A stretch of 64,000 nucleotides of DNA from an uncultured Candidatus Sumerlaeota bacterium (GTDB lineage Bacteria > Sumerlaeota > Sumerlaeia > MVZB01 > JAJFLK01), in the NCBI GenBank assembly GCA_964463045.1, contig CAYXAU010000001.1, positions 72,524 to 136,523 of the forward strand, in the 5' to 3' direction. Below, in pieces: positions 8,738 to 17,284 of this stretch (positions are counted from its first letter, which is position 1; each line of letters opens with the position of its first letter). The notes beneath the pieces were generated by a model that was not told the DNA's origin, searched no databases, and saw only the letters and a list, made by a program, of their open reading frames with translations. The translations under genes were made by a program, and so were the position numbers.

Positions 8738-11179
8738 TCACGCGCGCCGCCGGCGATCGCTCGGGCGCAGGCGCGCGATGACCTGGCCGGCGCGCCGTCG
8801 ATCCTCGGCCGACGGCGGGCGACCGGCGAACCGGTGCCGATAGTATAGTTCGACCAACCAGCGCAAATCGGGATCGGGCCCGACCGCGCCCGCGACCGCC
8901 TGAACGAATTCAAGCGGGGTCTGCCAGGATGGCCGCCGCCAGCCGGCCCGTTCGAGCCGCGCCATCAGGCGGTTGAAATAGTCGATCTCCGAACGGGCGA
9001 CCCGCCGGCGACGCCCAAAACGCGCCAACGGCGCGAGCCTTCGCAGGAGCAGCAGGGCAAGGATCACCAAGAGGCCGTCCAGAAGCCGGCCCCAGCGGAC
9101 CTGCGGCCGCGACGTCGAGACCGGCCGAGCCTCTTCCGGCGGGCCGGACTTGAGCTGCCGCCACGCCCCTGAAGCCAGCCGGCCGAAAGCGCTCCCCTCA
9201 AGCTCCTCCCACAGCGAGGCGAAGACGACCTGTTGCTTGGCCTGAGAGTAATCGATGACCCCCCGCTGCCAGAGCACGCGGGCGTATTCGTTCAGCCGCC
9301 GCAGAAAGGTGTCCTCGGCCAGGCCATAGACGGCGCGCCCGGCCGCCCCGGCCGGGGTCGGATCCACCGTAAGCCACCCCAATTCGTCGATCCAGGCCTC
9401 GACCCAGCTATGCGCGTCGCTCTGGCGGACGACGAACACCCCCGCCAGATCGTTCCATTCGGTCGTGTAAAAGCCGTTGACCAGGCGGGCGGGGATGCCG
9501 CGCGAGCGCAGCATCAGGACGAGGGCCGTCGCGAAATACTCGCAATGGCCCCGCTGCGTCCGGAAGACGAAGGCCTCGATGGGGTCCTCCCCCGGCCGCG
9601 GTTCCTGCTCTACGGTATAGACATAACCCGTCCTCAAATGGCCCAACAATTGAAAAACGATCCCGGCCTCGGTGGGGCCCGGCGCGACGCGAAGGGAGTG
9701 CTCGCGGAGGCGTTCGGCCAGCGGACCCGCCGGCAGTTGGGTGTTAACGAGACGCTCCTGCGCGCTCAGCCGGTGGCTGCGTCCCGCCGAAAGCCAGGGG
9801 TAACGCCGGTCCCGCGGACCCCGGCCTTTGGACGTGTCGCGCAGGAGACGGACGGTGTCCGGATCGTTGACGGTCCGCAGGACCTGTGCCGTGCGGCGAC
9901 GCAGATCCTGCTCGTATCGAATGTAGTCCACGAGCAACGGCGTGGCCTCATCGACGGCGTTGGAGCGCACCTGATAGACTAGCGGGTTGGTATAGGCGGT
10001 GTCGCGTCCGCCGCCGAAGGCGGCGATCTGGGCCGAGCCCGTGGCGCCGTCGTGACGAATGCTCAACTCCCGCATGAGGTCGATTTCCAGCGGCATCGGG
10101 GCCGCGAAGAGCCGCAGCGTGATGTCGGAGTCCTGGTATATCCGCTGATGCATGATCCGGCCGATCTGCGAGGTCGGAATGACCGGGTTCAGATGCCGCC
10201 GATCCAGCGTCGCCGGCGTCATCGTCGGGCGGCGGAACTTGCGCCACCGGTTGCCTTCGAACACGTCCAAGGCCACCCCCCGCATCCGCAGCAGCGGCGG
10301 CCGATCCGTCGACGCCGCCCCCGGCGGCCAGTCCACCTCGACGCGCATGACGACCGTCGGATCAGGCTCCAGCCGCTTGAAGTCCCCCAGCGTGACCTCC
10401 TCGCTGAATCCCATCAGACGATCCGGCCCCCCCGGCCGCCCCGCCAATGGAGCGTCGATCTGACGCATGGAAACGTGCGGGATGAAGACGAAGTACAGGA
10501 CGGTTCCCGTGACCGCCGCCGCCGCGAGCGCCAAAGCGCCAATGACGAACCGGCGCGAGAGACGCCCCCCGAGCGTAATGCCGCGCGGAGACGGCCCGGC
10601 GGCGACCGCCTCCGGTCCCCGCCCCGCCCGCGCCCTGCCTTCCTGCCCGATGACGAGTCCGTAAAGCGCCAGGCTCACCGTGGCCAGGACGACGTAACCC
10701 AGGAAGACGAAGGAGAAGAAGAAGGCCACGGTGATGGCGGCCGCGGCCAACATCATAAAGAAGGCCATGATTTGGACCTGAAGAATGTCCTTCGCCCGGC
10801 GGGGCGCGATCGATTTGGCCAGCACCAGATAGAACAGGAGGTAAATCACGCCGTTGAAGGCAAGCTGCCGGGCCGCCATCGCGATCGCCAGCGTCACCAC
10901 CATCGTCGCCAGCGCCCCCCAGGAGGCATTCCACCACGCCGGCGCCTTTCGGATCCATGGCACGATCAACCAACCGAGCCCGAACGCCAGGCTCGCCCAG
11001 GCGTGCATTTCTCCCGTCAGATACAACGAGAGGAAAGCCACGAGGACCTGGAGGTGAGCGACGACCCGCCAGAGGGCGCGAACCTCCAACGGCAGCCGGC
11101 GGAGCGACTCCGCGGCCGTCCCTGACGCCGACGTCGGCGACGCCCCAGGGACGGGTGGCGATGCAATCGAAAGCGCCAT
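8738..11179 (-). CDS. Transglutaminase-like membrane protein (TgpA-like: N-terminal multi-TM, transglutaminase core, C-terminal TM).
   Basis: The N-terminus has 5-6 TM helices. The core carries GHCEYFATALVLMLRSRGIPARLVNGF ... SDAHSWVEAW, a Cys-His-Asp transglutaminase/protease core. A C-terminal TM segment is followed by a basic tail. Confidence 0.8.
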   Translation of the reverse strand: MALSIASPPVPGASPTSASGTAAESLRRLPLEVRALWRVVAHLQVLVAFLSLYLTGEMHAWASLAFGLGWLIVPWIRKAPAWWNASWGALATMVVTLAIAMAARQLAFNGVIYLLFYLVLAKSIAPRRAKDILQVQIMAFFMMLAAAAITVAFFFSFVFLGYVVLATVSLALYGLVIGQEGRARAGRGPEAVAAGPSPRGITLGGRLSRRFVIGALALAAAAVTGTVLYFVFIPHVSMRQIDAPLAGRPGGPDRLMGFSEEVTLGDFKRLEPDPTVVMRVEVDWPPGAASTDRPPLLRMRGVALDVFEGNRWRKFRRPTMTPATLDRRHLNPVIPTSQIGRIMHQRIYQDSDITLRLFAAPMPLEIDLMRELSIRHDGATGSAQIAAFGGGRDTAYTNPLVYQVRSNAVDEATPLLVDYIRYEQDLRRRTAQVLRTVNDPDTVRLLRDTSKGRGPRDRRYPWLSAGRSHRLSAQERLVNTQLPAGPLAERLREHSLRVAPGPTEAGIVFQLLGHLRTGYVYTVEQEPRPGEDPIEAFVFRTQRGHCEYFATALVLMLRSRGIPARLVNGFYTTEWNDLAGVFVVRQSDAHSWVEAWIDELGWLTVDPTPAGAAGRAVYGLAEDTFLRRLNEYARVLWQRGVIDYSQAKQQVVFASLWEELEGSAFGRLASGAWRQLKSGPPEEARPVSTSRPQVRWGRLLDGLLVILALLLLRRLAPLARFGRRRRVARSEIDYFNRLMARLERAGWRRPSWQTPLEFVQAVAGAVGPDPDLRWLVELYYRHRFAGRPPSAEDRRRAGQVIARLRPSDRRRRA

Positions 11180-11254
11180 GAAGGGCGAGGGGAGCGACGT
11201 CCCCGAAAATCCCGCTGGACGATCTTAATCCGAATTGGGGGAGCGCGGGAGAGT

Positions 11255-12811
11255 TTAATAACCCAGCGCGGCGCCATCCTTGCGGGGGTCGGAGGCGCCC
11301 AGATAAGTCCCCGTTCCGGGATCGACGACGATCGCTTGCGCCCCGCCGAATTCCTCCCCGCCGGCCGGCCGGACGCGATGGCCCAGGGCAGCCAGCCCCC
11401 GCGCGGTCCGATGGGCCATCCCGTGCTCCAGACGCACCTCCCGCCCCGCCATGTGCCGCCAACGTGGCAGGTCGATGGCCTCCTGCATCGTCAAGCCATG
11501 TTCGAGGTGCGCCAGAAGAACCTGGACCTGCCCCTGGGGCTGCATCGGGCCGCCCATGACGCCGAAAGCCGCGTAGAGACGCCCTCCGCGGAGGACCATC
11601 GCCGGGATGATCGTGTGGTAGGGGCGCTTGCCCGGAGCGTAGGCGTTGGGGTGGCCGGGCTTCAAGGTGAAGCCCGCCCCGCGATTCTGCAGCAAGATGC
11701 CCGTCGCCCCGCCGACGATGCCGGAACCGAAGCCGGCGAAGAGCGAGCTGATGAAGGAGGCGGCGTTTCCCTCGGCGTCCACCGTCGCCAGGTAAACCGT
11801 ATCGGAGCCGGCTCTCAGACCGGGCTCGAGTCGGCCGGCGGCTCGCGAGGGATCGATCAACCGGCGCCGCGCCTCGGCGTAGGGCTTCGACAAGAGGTCT
11901 TGAATCGGGATCGACCCGGCCGCCGGGTCGCCGACGTAGCGCCCCAGATCGGCGTACGCCAGCTTCTTGGCCTCGATCAGCAGATGGAGATAGGGGGCTG
12001 AATTGAGTCGCAGCGCGGCGAGGTCGAACCCCTCCAGAATATTCAGCATCAGCAGGACGCCGAGGCCTTGGCCGTTCGGCGGACATTGGCAGACCTCAAG
12101 GCCCCGGTAGTTGACCGAAATGGGATCGACCCATTCGGATCGGTGCTGGTCGAAATCCTCCAGGGTCAGGAACCCCCCGGATTCCCTCGCATGGCGGACG
12201 ATCTCCTCCGCGATCGGGCCGCGGTAGAAAGCCCCCGGTCCCGCTTCGGCGATGAGTTTCAATGACTCCCCCAGACGAGGTTGTCGGAAGACCTCCCCCG
12301 CGCGCGGGGCCGAGCCGTCGACAAGATAAAGCGAGCGGGCCCACGGATCCACGCTCAGCGTTTTCTCGTGCTGCTTCCACGTCCGGGCGACGACCTCGGT
12401 CACGCCGAACCCTTCTTCAGCGTAGCGGATCGCGGGCGTCAGGACGGCCGCCAGGGACTTGCGCCCGAAGCGTTCCAACGCCGCGGCAAAGGCGTCCACC
12501 GCCCCGGGGACCGTGACCGCTTCCCAGGAACGGACCGGAACCGCCTTGAAAGCTCGCCGCCGGAAGTGATCCGGCGAGAGCCGGCGAGGCGAGCGCCCGC
12601 TTCCATTGAGGGCGTGCACCCGGCCCGTGCGCGCTTCGTAGTAGAGAAGCCAGACGTCCCCACCGAGCCCGACGCTCATCGGCTCGACCACGCCCAGGGT
12701 GGCCGCCGCGGCCACGGCGGCGTCCATCGCCGTCCCCCCCGTCCGCAGCAGGTCAAGCCCCGCCTGGGAGGCGAGGACGTGCGAGGTGGCCACGATTCCA
12801 TGGCGACTCAT
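11255..12811 (-). CDS. ggt: Gamma-glutamyltransferase-family protein, with no obvious signal peptide.
   Basis: MSRHGIVATSHVLASQAGLDLLRTGGTAMDAAVA matches the GGT large subunit. TVYLATVD is the autoprocessing Thr region, and GGPMQPQG the small subunit. Start set at ATG 12811; an upstream in-frame ATG at 12898 is also possible. Confidence 0.85.
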   Translation of the reverse strand: MSRHGIVATSHVLASQAGLDLLRTGGTAMDAAVAAAATLGVVEPMSVGLGGDVWLLYYEARTGRVHALNGSGRSPRRLSPDHFRRRAFKAVPVRSWEAVTVPGAVDAFAAALERFGRKSLAAVLTPAIRYAEEGFGVTEVVARTWKQHEKTLSVDPWARSLYLVDGSAPRAGEVFRQPRLGESLKLIAEAGPGAFYRGPIAEEIVRHARESGGFLTLEDFDQHRSEWVDPISVNYRGLEVCQCPPNGQGLGVLLMLNILEGFDLAALRLNSAPYLHLLIEAKKLAYADLGRYVGDPAAGSIPIQDLLSKPYAEARRRLIDPSRAAGRLEPGLRAGSDTVYLATVDAEGNAASFISSLFAGFGSGIVGGATGILLQNRGAGFTLKPGHPNAYAPGKRPYHTIIPAMVLRGGRLYAAFGVMGGPMQPQGQVQVLLAHLEHGLTMQEAIDLPRWRHMAGREVRLEHGMAHRTARGLAALGHRVRPAGGEEFGGAQAIVVDPGTGTYLGASDPRKDGAALGY

Positions 12812-12994
12812 CGTCAGGGAGCGACCCGCGCGGTAGGGGTTGGCGCGGATTCCCCGGCGTTCAAGAGTCCGGAGTTCGCGCTCGGCGCCGATCCCCATCG
12901 TGGCGGCTTGAAGACCCGTTCGGCGCCTCAGTCGAAAGCGCTCATCCCGACTGAGGCGGGCGATTCGACAAGGGAAGGGGGAGTTCAGAGCGAT

Positions 12995-13879
12995 TCATCG
13001 GCCCGGGTTGGAGGTCTCCCCCCGCGGCGTGGCATCGCCCGGTTCAAGGCCGAGCGCCCAGCGCAGGCCTCCCAGAAGATGCGCCTGAAACGTGAGGTTG
13101 GTCCAAACGTCCTCCCGGTGGCCGAGCGCCGTGTAGAAGACCCGTCCCTGGCCATAGTCCCGGCACCAGGCGAGCGGGTAGTCCCCGCCCTTGGTCATCC
13201 CCGCCTGGCGTCCCATGGTGCTCCGTTCCGTGTCGACGCTGATGAGCACCCGAACGCGGTCGCGGGACAACGGCACGCTCCCGCGCGAGCCGGCCTCCCC
13301 CCGGCCGAACTGATAATATTCGTCGGCCAGCGGCCACGTGTCCCCCAACATTCGCGTGGCCGGGTGGAGCTTGTCCTCGATCCTCAGGACCAGGACCTCG
13401 TCATTGGCCCCGTGCGTTTTGAAATAGCCGCCGATCATTTCTCCGTAGCCCGGCCATTCATAGTAGGTGTCCGTGGCGCTGTGGACGCCGACGAAGGCCT
13501 TGCCCCCGCGGACAAAAGCCAGAAGGGCCTCCTTCTGCGCGTCGTCCAGCGGGAGTTCGCCCGTCGTGAAGAACATCACCACGGCGAAGGCCTTCAGATA
13601 GTCCGGCGAGATCATCCGGAGATCGATCGCGTCCCGTTCCTGTTTGTAGCCCTCCAGGACCGTCGCTTCGAACAGGCCGGATTTCCGGCCCAGTTCGACA
13701 ACGACGCGCTCGGCCACCGGCAGGGACGAATGCTTGAACCCCTGGCTGTGAGTCAGAAATAAGAGCTTGGCCGGGGCGCCGCCGGCGCCGCCCCCTTCCT
13801 GACCGACGGCCGTCGTCCCCATGACGGCCAGCATAGCTGCTCCAGCGATGAGGCTCGCGAGACAACGGAACGCTTTCAT
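12995..13879 (-). CDS. ThuA-like (trehalose-utilisation, class-I glutamine-amidotransferase-like) secreted protein.
   Basis: A signal peptide MKAFRCLASLIAGAAMLAV is present. The motifs LLFLTHSQGFKH ... FVGVHSATDTY ... YYQFG are characteristic of the ThuA family. Confidence 0.75.
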   Translation of the reverse strand: MKAFRCLASLIAGAAMLAVMGTTAVGQEGGGAGGAPAKLLFLTHSQGFKHSSLPVAERVVVELGRKSGLFEATVLEGYKQERDAIDLRMISPDYLKAFAVVMFFTTGELPLDDAQKEALLAFVRGGKAFVGVHSATDTYYEWPGYGEMIGGYFKTHGANDEVLVLRIEDKLHPATRMLGDTWPLADEYYQFGRGEAGSRGSVPLSRDRVRVLISVDTERSTMGRQAGMTKGGDYPLAWCRDYGQGRVFYTALGHREDVWTNLTFQAHLLGGLRWALGLEPGDATPRGETSNPGR

Positions 13880-14095
13880 GGAGTCAACCCTCCGCGGCGG
13901 CGCGGGTGCTGCAGCCCGATTGAGAGAACTCACAATAGCTCCAGCCGGAGGAATCGAGCAAGGAGGATCAAGCCCCCCTTCGCCGCCGGGATCGCCCTGC
14001 TCCCGCCCAACGGCTGGTGGATTGCCGGCGGGCGTCGGCGTAGGCTAGAAGCGACCCGTCGGGGTTGGCCGGGTCGCTCCGCGTTCTCCCTGGCC

Positions 14096-14188
14096 GGAGA
14101 GGTGTCCGAGTGGTTGAAGGAGCTCGCCTCGAAAGCGAGTGAGGGGCCGAAAGCCCTTCCGTGGGTTCGAATCCCACCCTCTCCGCCA
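14096..14188 (+). tRNA. tRNA-Ser (anticodon CGA), class II with long variable arm, CCA encoded.
   Basis: The acceptor stem GGAGAGG pairs with CCTCTCC. The D-arm is GTCCGAGTGGTTGAAGGAG, the anticodon loop CTCGAAA, and the T-arm GGGTTCGAATCCC. A long extra arm is present. Confidence 0.85.
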
Positions 14189-14239
14189 TCTGCTCCGCCG
14201 TTGACGGGGCTCCGGCGGGCCATTGGCTATGAGCCGAGC

Positions 14240-14665
14240 CTAGAACCGGGTCAGGATGTGATCGTCGCGCGCGTCTCCGGGTCGGGCCGCGCCGATCGAG
14301 CACCGGGGCAGGACGCCGATATCGCCGATCGTGTAGGTTCCCCCCGACGGGCAAGCGGGGATTTGCCCTCCCATCGCCGATAGGAGTTCGCGCTGGGAGA
14401 TGGCTCCGACCGGGCGGCCTTCCCGCTCGGCGACGCGCCGCTTGGCGGCCTCGATCATGCGCAGGTTCTGGCGACATTGAGCCGCCTGGGCCGGCGTGGT
14501 CCGCGGGTAAACGGCAATGCTTCCCTGTGCCGCTCCCCGTCCTCGGGACAAGAGCGAGCGGCCGAGCTGAACCGCCGCCTCGGGGTCCGACACCAGCCGA
14601 AGAACGAAATAAGCGAGGCCGGCGAGCGCCACCCCCACGAGACCGTATCTCGGAATTCGTTTCAT
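14240..14665 (-). CDS. Hypothetical N-terminally anchored protein with a pseudopilin-like C-terminal motif.
   Basis: 141 aa. The N-terminus MKRIPRYGLVGVALAGLAYFVLRL is a TM anchor. The C-terminus GGQIPACPSGGTYTIGDIGVLPRCS recalls pseudopilin/GspG-like CPxGGTY disulfide loops. There is no GFTLIE prepilin motif. Confidence 0.45.
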   Translation of the reverse strand: MKRIPRYGLVGVALAGLAYFVLRLVSDPEAAVQLGRSLLSRGRGAAQGSIAVYPRTTPAQAAQCRQNLRMIEAAKRRVAEREGRPVGAISQRELLSAMGGQIPACPSGGTYTIGDIGVLPRCSIGAARPGDARDDHILTRF

Positions 14666-14881
14666 ACGTTCGATGCAGGGGCTAGGCGGCCGACAATCCC
14701 GCCTCCCGACGCTTGCTTCGTCCCTTACCCGCCGCCATGCAGTTTATGGTGTTGGGGACGGGCTGGCATCTCAGGATCTCCGCCCTGTTGAAGATGCTCG
14801 CGAAACGCCTGCGCCCCGACTCTGGAAAACGGTCAGCCGGCGCGATGAACGCGCCGGCTGGCGACTCCGTGGGAAATCAAA

Positions 14882-14961
14882 AGAGAGGAGTTCTCGACGA
14901 AATTTCGCCCGAGGGAACTCGGTTGTCATTTCGCCGCGAGGGGGGAGGCGAACTCCTCTCT
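14882..14961. repeat. Perfect 12-bp inverted repeat (AGAGAGGAGTTC / GAACTCCTCTCT) closing a 56-nt GC-rich core with internal hairpins. Candidate structured RNA or regulatory element.
   Basis: Read directly: AGAGAGGAGTTC at 14882-14893 and its exact reverse complement at 14950-14961. Inside are CGAAATTTCG (self-complementary) and CCGAG-GGAA-CTCGG. It lies in a 600-bp gene-free divergent region. No U-tract follows, so it is not a canonical terminator. Confidence 0.4.
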
Positions 14962-15273
14962 TACCTTGCCGGGGCCGGATGGCTTGAGCAACGCGCCCCG
15001 TCCAAACCTGTGAGCCTTTCAGGGGGCCTCGTCGGTCCCCCTCCTTTGGCTCAAGCGACGATACTATGATCAAGGCAGACCCGAAGGGCAAGCGAAAATT
15101 TTCTTGGAACGCGTTCTGAATTGACCGACCCCAGCTCCCCCCTCGATCCCGCGGAATCTCGCCTGCGCCGGCATACAGAACCGACGCCCTACCCGTCTCC
15201 CTCTCTCGGAATGACCGATGCCCCCCCTTCCACGCTGCATCGTCAGCCGGGTTCTGATAAGCTTCATCGGATG

Positions 15274-16260
15274 AGCCCCCTTCAAATGCGGAGCCGCGCG
15301 GGCCGGCCGTGGCCCGGGCTTCGGCTTCTGATGCTTCTCGGTTCGGCGGTCGCGTCTCTGCCGGGCGCGTCGGGCCCGTTAGGCGCTCAGGAGCCACCGG
15401 ACCTCTCCACGGCCTCTTCTCAGACCGAGCCGCTCGACACCGAAGCGCTTCTCGCCGACCCCATTCTTGGTCGGGCTTCCTTTCACTTCCTGGTTCAGCT
15501 CCGTCGATGGGCCGCGCTGCAACGAGGCCAACCCGAGGCATTTGAGCGCGTGGCGGAGGATTTCGCCGGCCGGGGGGCTTATTTCTCGGCCGTGGAGATG
15601 CTCTGGTGGGCCGATCAGCTCTCCGACGACCCCGAACGCCGGGCCGCCTATCAACGTCGCATGCGCGAATGGATCGCTCTGACGGCGCCGGCCGAGACGC
15701 TCACCGAACAGAGCCGCCAGCTCTTCGCCGCCGGCGAAGGCGCCCGGGCGATCGACGGGCTCCGTCAGGTGCTCGCCGACCACCCCTTTTACGAGAAGGG
15801 CTATTATGAATGGGCCAATGTCTTCTTTTTGCTTTACCTGGCGCGCGCGGAAGGTTCGGGGGAGACGATGCCGCTGCCCGCCCGCCAGCGCCTGTTCCGC
15901 TCCTGTTACGATGCCCTGCAATACACGCTCGCCCTCGACCCCCTTTTCTATGACGCTCACTATCTCCTTTCGCGGCTCAGGGAGATACTGCACGACGACG
16001 CGGAGTTCCTGATCCGATCGCAGTTTCTCACCGAGCGCGCCGTCGCCTTCCGGGGCGAGGTCATCCCGCCGCTTGAGAAAATTGAGGACGGCGGACGCGA
16101 CGCCTCGCTCTTCGTGGAACTTGGGCGGGGGTTTGAGGCCGTCGGGGCGGCCGAATACGCCGTCTTCGCCTACGAGGCCGCCCTCAGGCACGGGGCCGCC
16201 GACGCCGATCTCCGCCAGCGCATTGAATCCCTGACGACGCCGATGCTTCCGCGCCCCTGA
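15274..16260 (+). CDS. Hypothetical exported alpha-helical protein.
   Basis: ATG at 15274 gives MSPLQMRSRAGRPWPGLRLLMLLGSAVASLPGASG, a signal peptide. The 328-aa product shows a GC3-consistent frame and no recognisable motifs. Confidence 0.5.
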   Translation, partial: SPLQMRSRAGRPWPGLRLLMLLGSAVASLPGASGPLGAQEPPDLSTASSQTEPLDTEALLADPILGRASFHFLVQLRRWAALQRGQPEAFERVAEDFAGRGAYFSAVEMLWWADQLSDDPERRAAYQRRMREWIALTAPAETLTEQSRQLFAAGEGARAIDGLRQVLADHPFYEKGYYEWANVFFLLYLARAEGSGETMPLPARQRLFRSCYDALQYTLALDPLFYDAHYLLSRLREILHDDAEFLIRSQFLTERAVAFRGEVIPPLEKIEDGGRDASLFVELGRGFEAVGAAEYAVFAYEAALRHGAADADLRQRIESLTTPMLPRP

Positions 16261-16310
16261 ACCGCGCCGGACGGGTTTGCGAACCGGCGCCGCCTCCCCC
16301 TTCGTTCAAT

Positions 16311-17117
16311 ATGATTCACGTCGGCACAAGCGGATTCTCTTACGACGATTGGAGGGGGGCTTTCTATCCGCCTGGCCTGCCGAAGAGCCGGATGTTCGAC
16401 TATTACGCCGAACGGTTTGAGGCCGTGGAGATCAATTCCACGTTTTACCACATCCCCGGGCCCGGCATGCTGAGGTCGCTGGTCGAACGCGCCGCCGGTC
16501 GCGTGGTCTTCGGCGTCAAGGCCCCGCGCGAGATGACCCATCAGGGCGATCTGTCGGCGGCGACGGTCCGGGCGTTCACGAGGGCGATCGAACCGCCGGC
16601 CGCGGCCGATCGTCTCGGCGCCGTGTTGCTCCAGTTCCCCTACCGGTTTCATCATGAGGCGGCCAACCGGGCTTATCTCCTTCGGGCGCTTGAAAGTCTG
16701 AGGCCTTTCAGCTGCGTCGTCGAGATTCGTCACGTCGGCTGGCAGGCGCCGCCCGCCCTGGACTTCTTCCGCGATCGCGCCGTCAATCTCTGCCTGCTCG
16801 ACCTGCCGAACCTTCGCGGCCTGCCCAGGACCTCGCACGAGTTGACCGGCACAATCGCCTACGTTCGATTTCACGGACGCAACGGGGCCAAATGGTTCAC
16901 CGCAGAAAACTCATCCGAGCCCTACGACTACCTCTACGACCGCGACCAACTGAAGGCGTGGATCGAACCGCTGCGAACGCTCGAACGTCGGGCGCAGACA
17001 ACCTTCGCCTTCTTCAACAACCATGTCCGCGGGCAGGGGCCCGACAACGCCCAAACCTTGATGGAGCTTCTGGGCCGCCCGCCGTCTCGGGCCCCGGCCC
17101 AGGCCGAACTCTTTTAG
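16311..17117 (+). CDS. DUF72 (YecE/UPF0759) family protein.
   Basis: The N-terminus MIHVGTSGFSYDDW..FYP is diagnostic of DUF72. EINSTFY and YVRFHGRN motifs are present. Confidence 0.8.
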   Translation: MIHVGTSGFSYDDWRGAFYPPGLPKSRMFDYYAERFEAVEINSTFYHIPGPGMLRSLVERAAGRVVFGVKAPREMTHQGDLSAATVRAFTRAIEPPAAADRLGAVLLQFPYRFHHEAANRAYLLRALESLRPFSCVVEIRHVGWQAPPALDFFRDRAVNLCLLDLPNLRGLPRTSHELTGTIAYVRFHGRNGAKWFTAENSSEPYDYLYDRDQLKAWIEPLRTLERRAQTTFAFFNNHVRGQGPDNAQTLMELLGRPPSRAPAQAELF

Positions 17118-17284
17118 GTCGCGAGGCGGGCCATCTCCGCATGGAGCGATCCCTCGACGCCCGCGCCCAACGCGCCTGGGCCCTTGGCGCGGCTTGACTT
17201 ATCCCCGTGCCTCTCACCGAGTCCTTCTTGACCGTCCCTCCGGCCGATGTATCATGAATGTTTCCCCCAGGAGGGGGCTCAAGG

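Noticed and set aside
7572-8913. Overlapping 423-aa (+) and 390-aa (-) ORFs over the GT2 gene.
   Set aside because: They are out of frame or antisense to the clearly motif-bearing GT2 gene (VVIPIYCEEENL, DGDLQD). Their composition is low-complexity.
10362-12086. 574-aa minus-strand ORF spanning the TgpA-GGT junction.
   Set aside because: It is an alternative frame overlapping two well-supported genes. It is extremely Arg/Gly-rich.
13930-14477. ORFs antisense to tRNA-Ser (97 and 169 aa).
   Set aside because: They overlap the tRNA gene on the opposite strand, a classic high-GC artefact.
14771-15541. 256-aa minus-strand ORF in the divergent region near 15 kb.
   Set aside because: It has no start context and a low-complexity translation. 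It overlaps the better-supported plus-strand gene at 15274 and the structured repeat.
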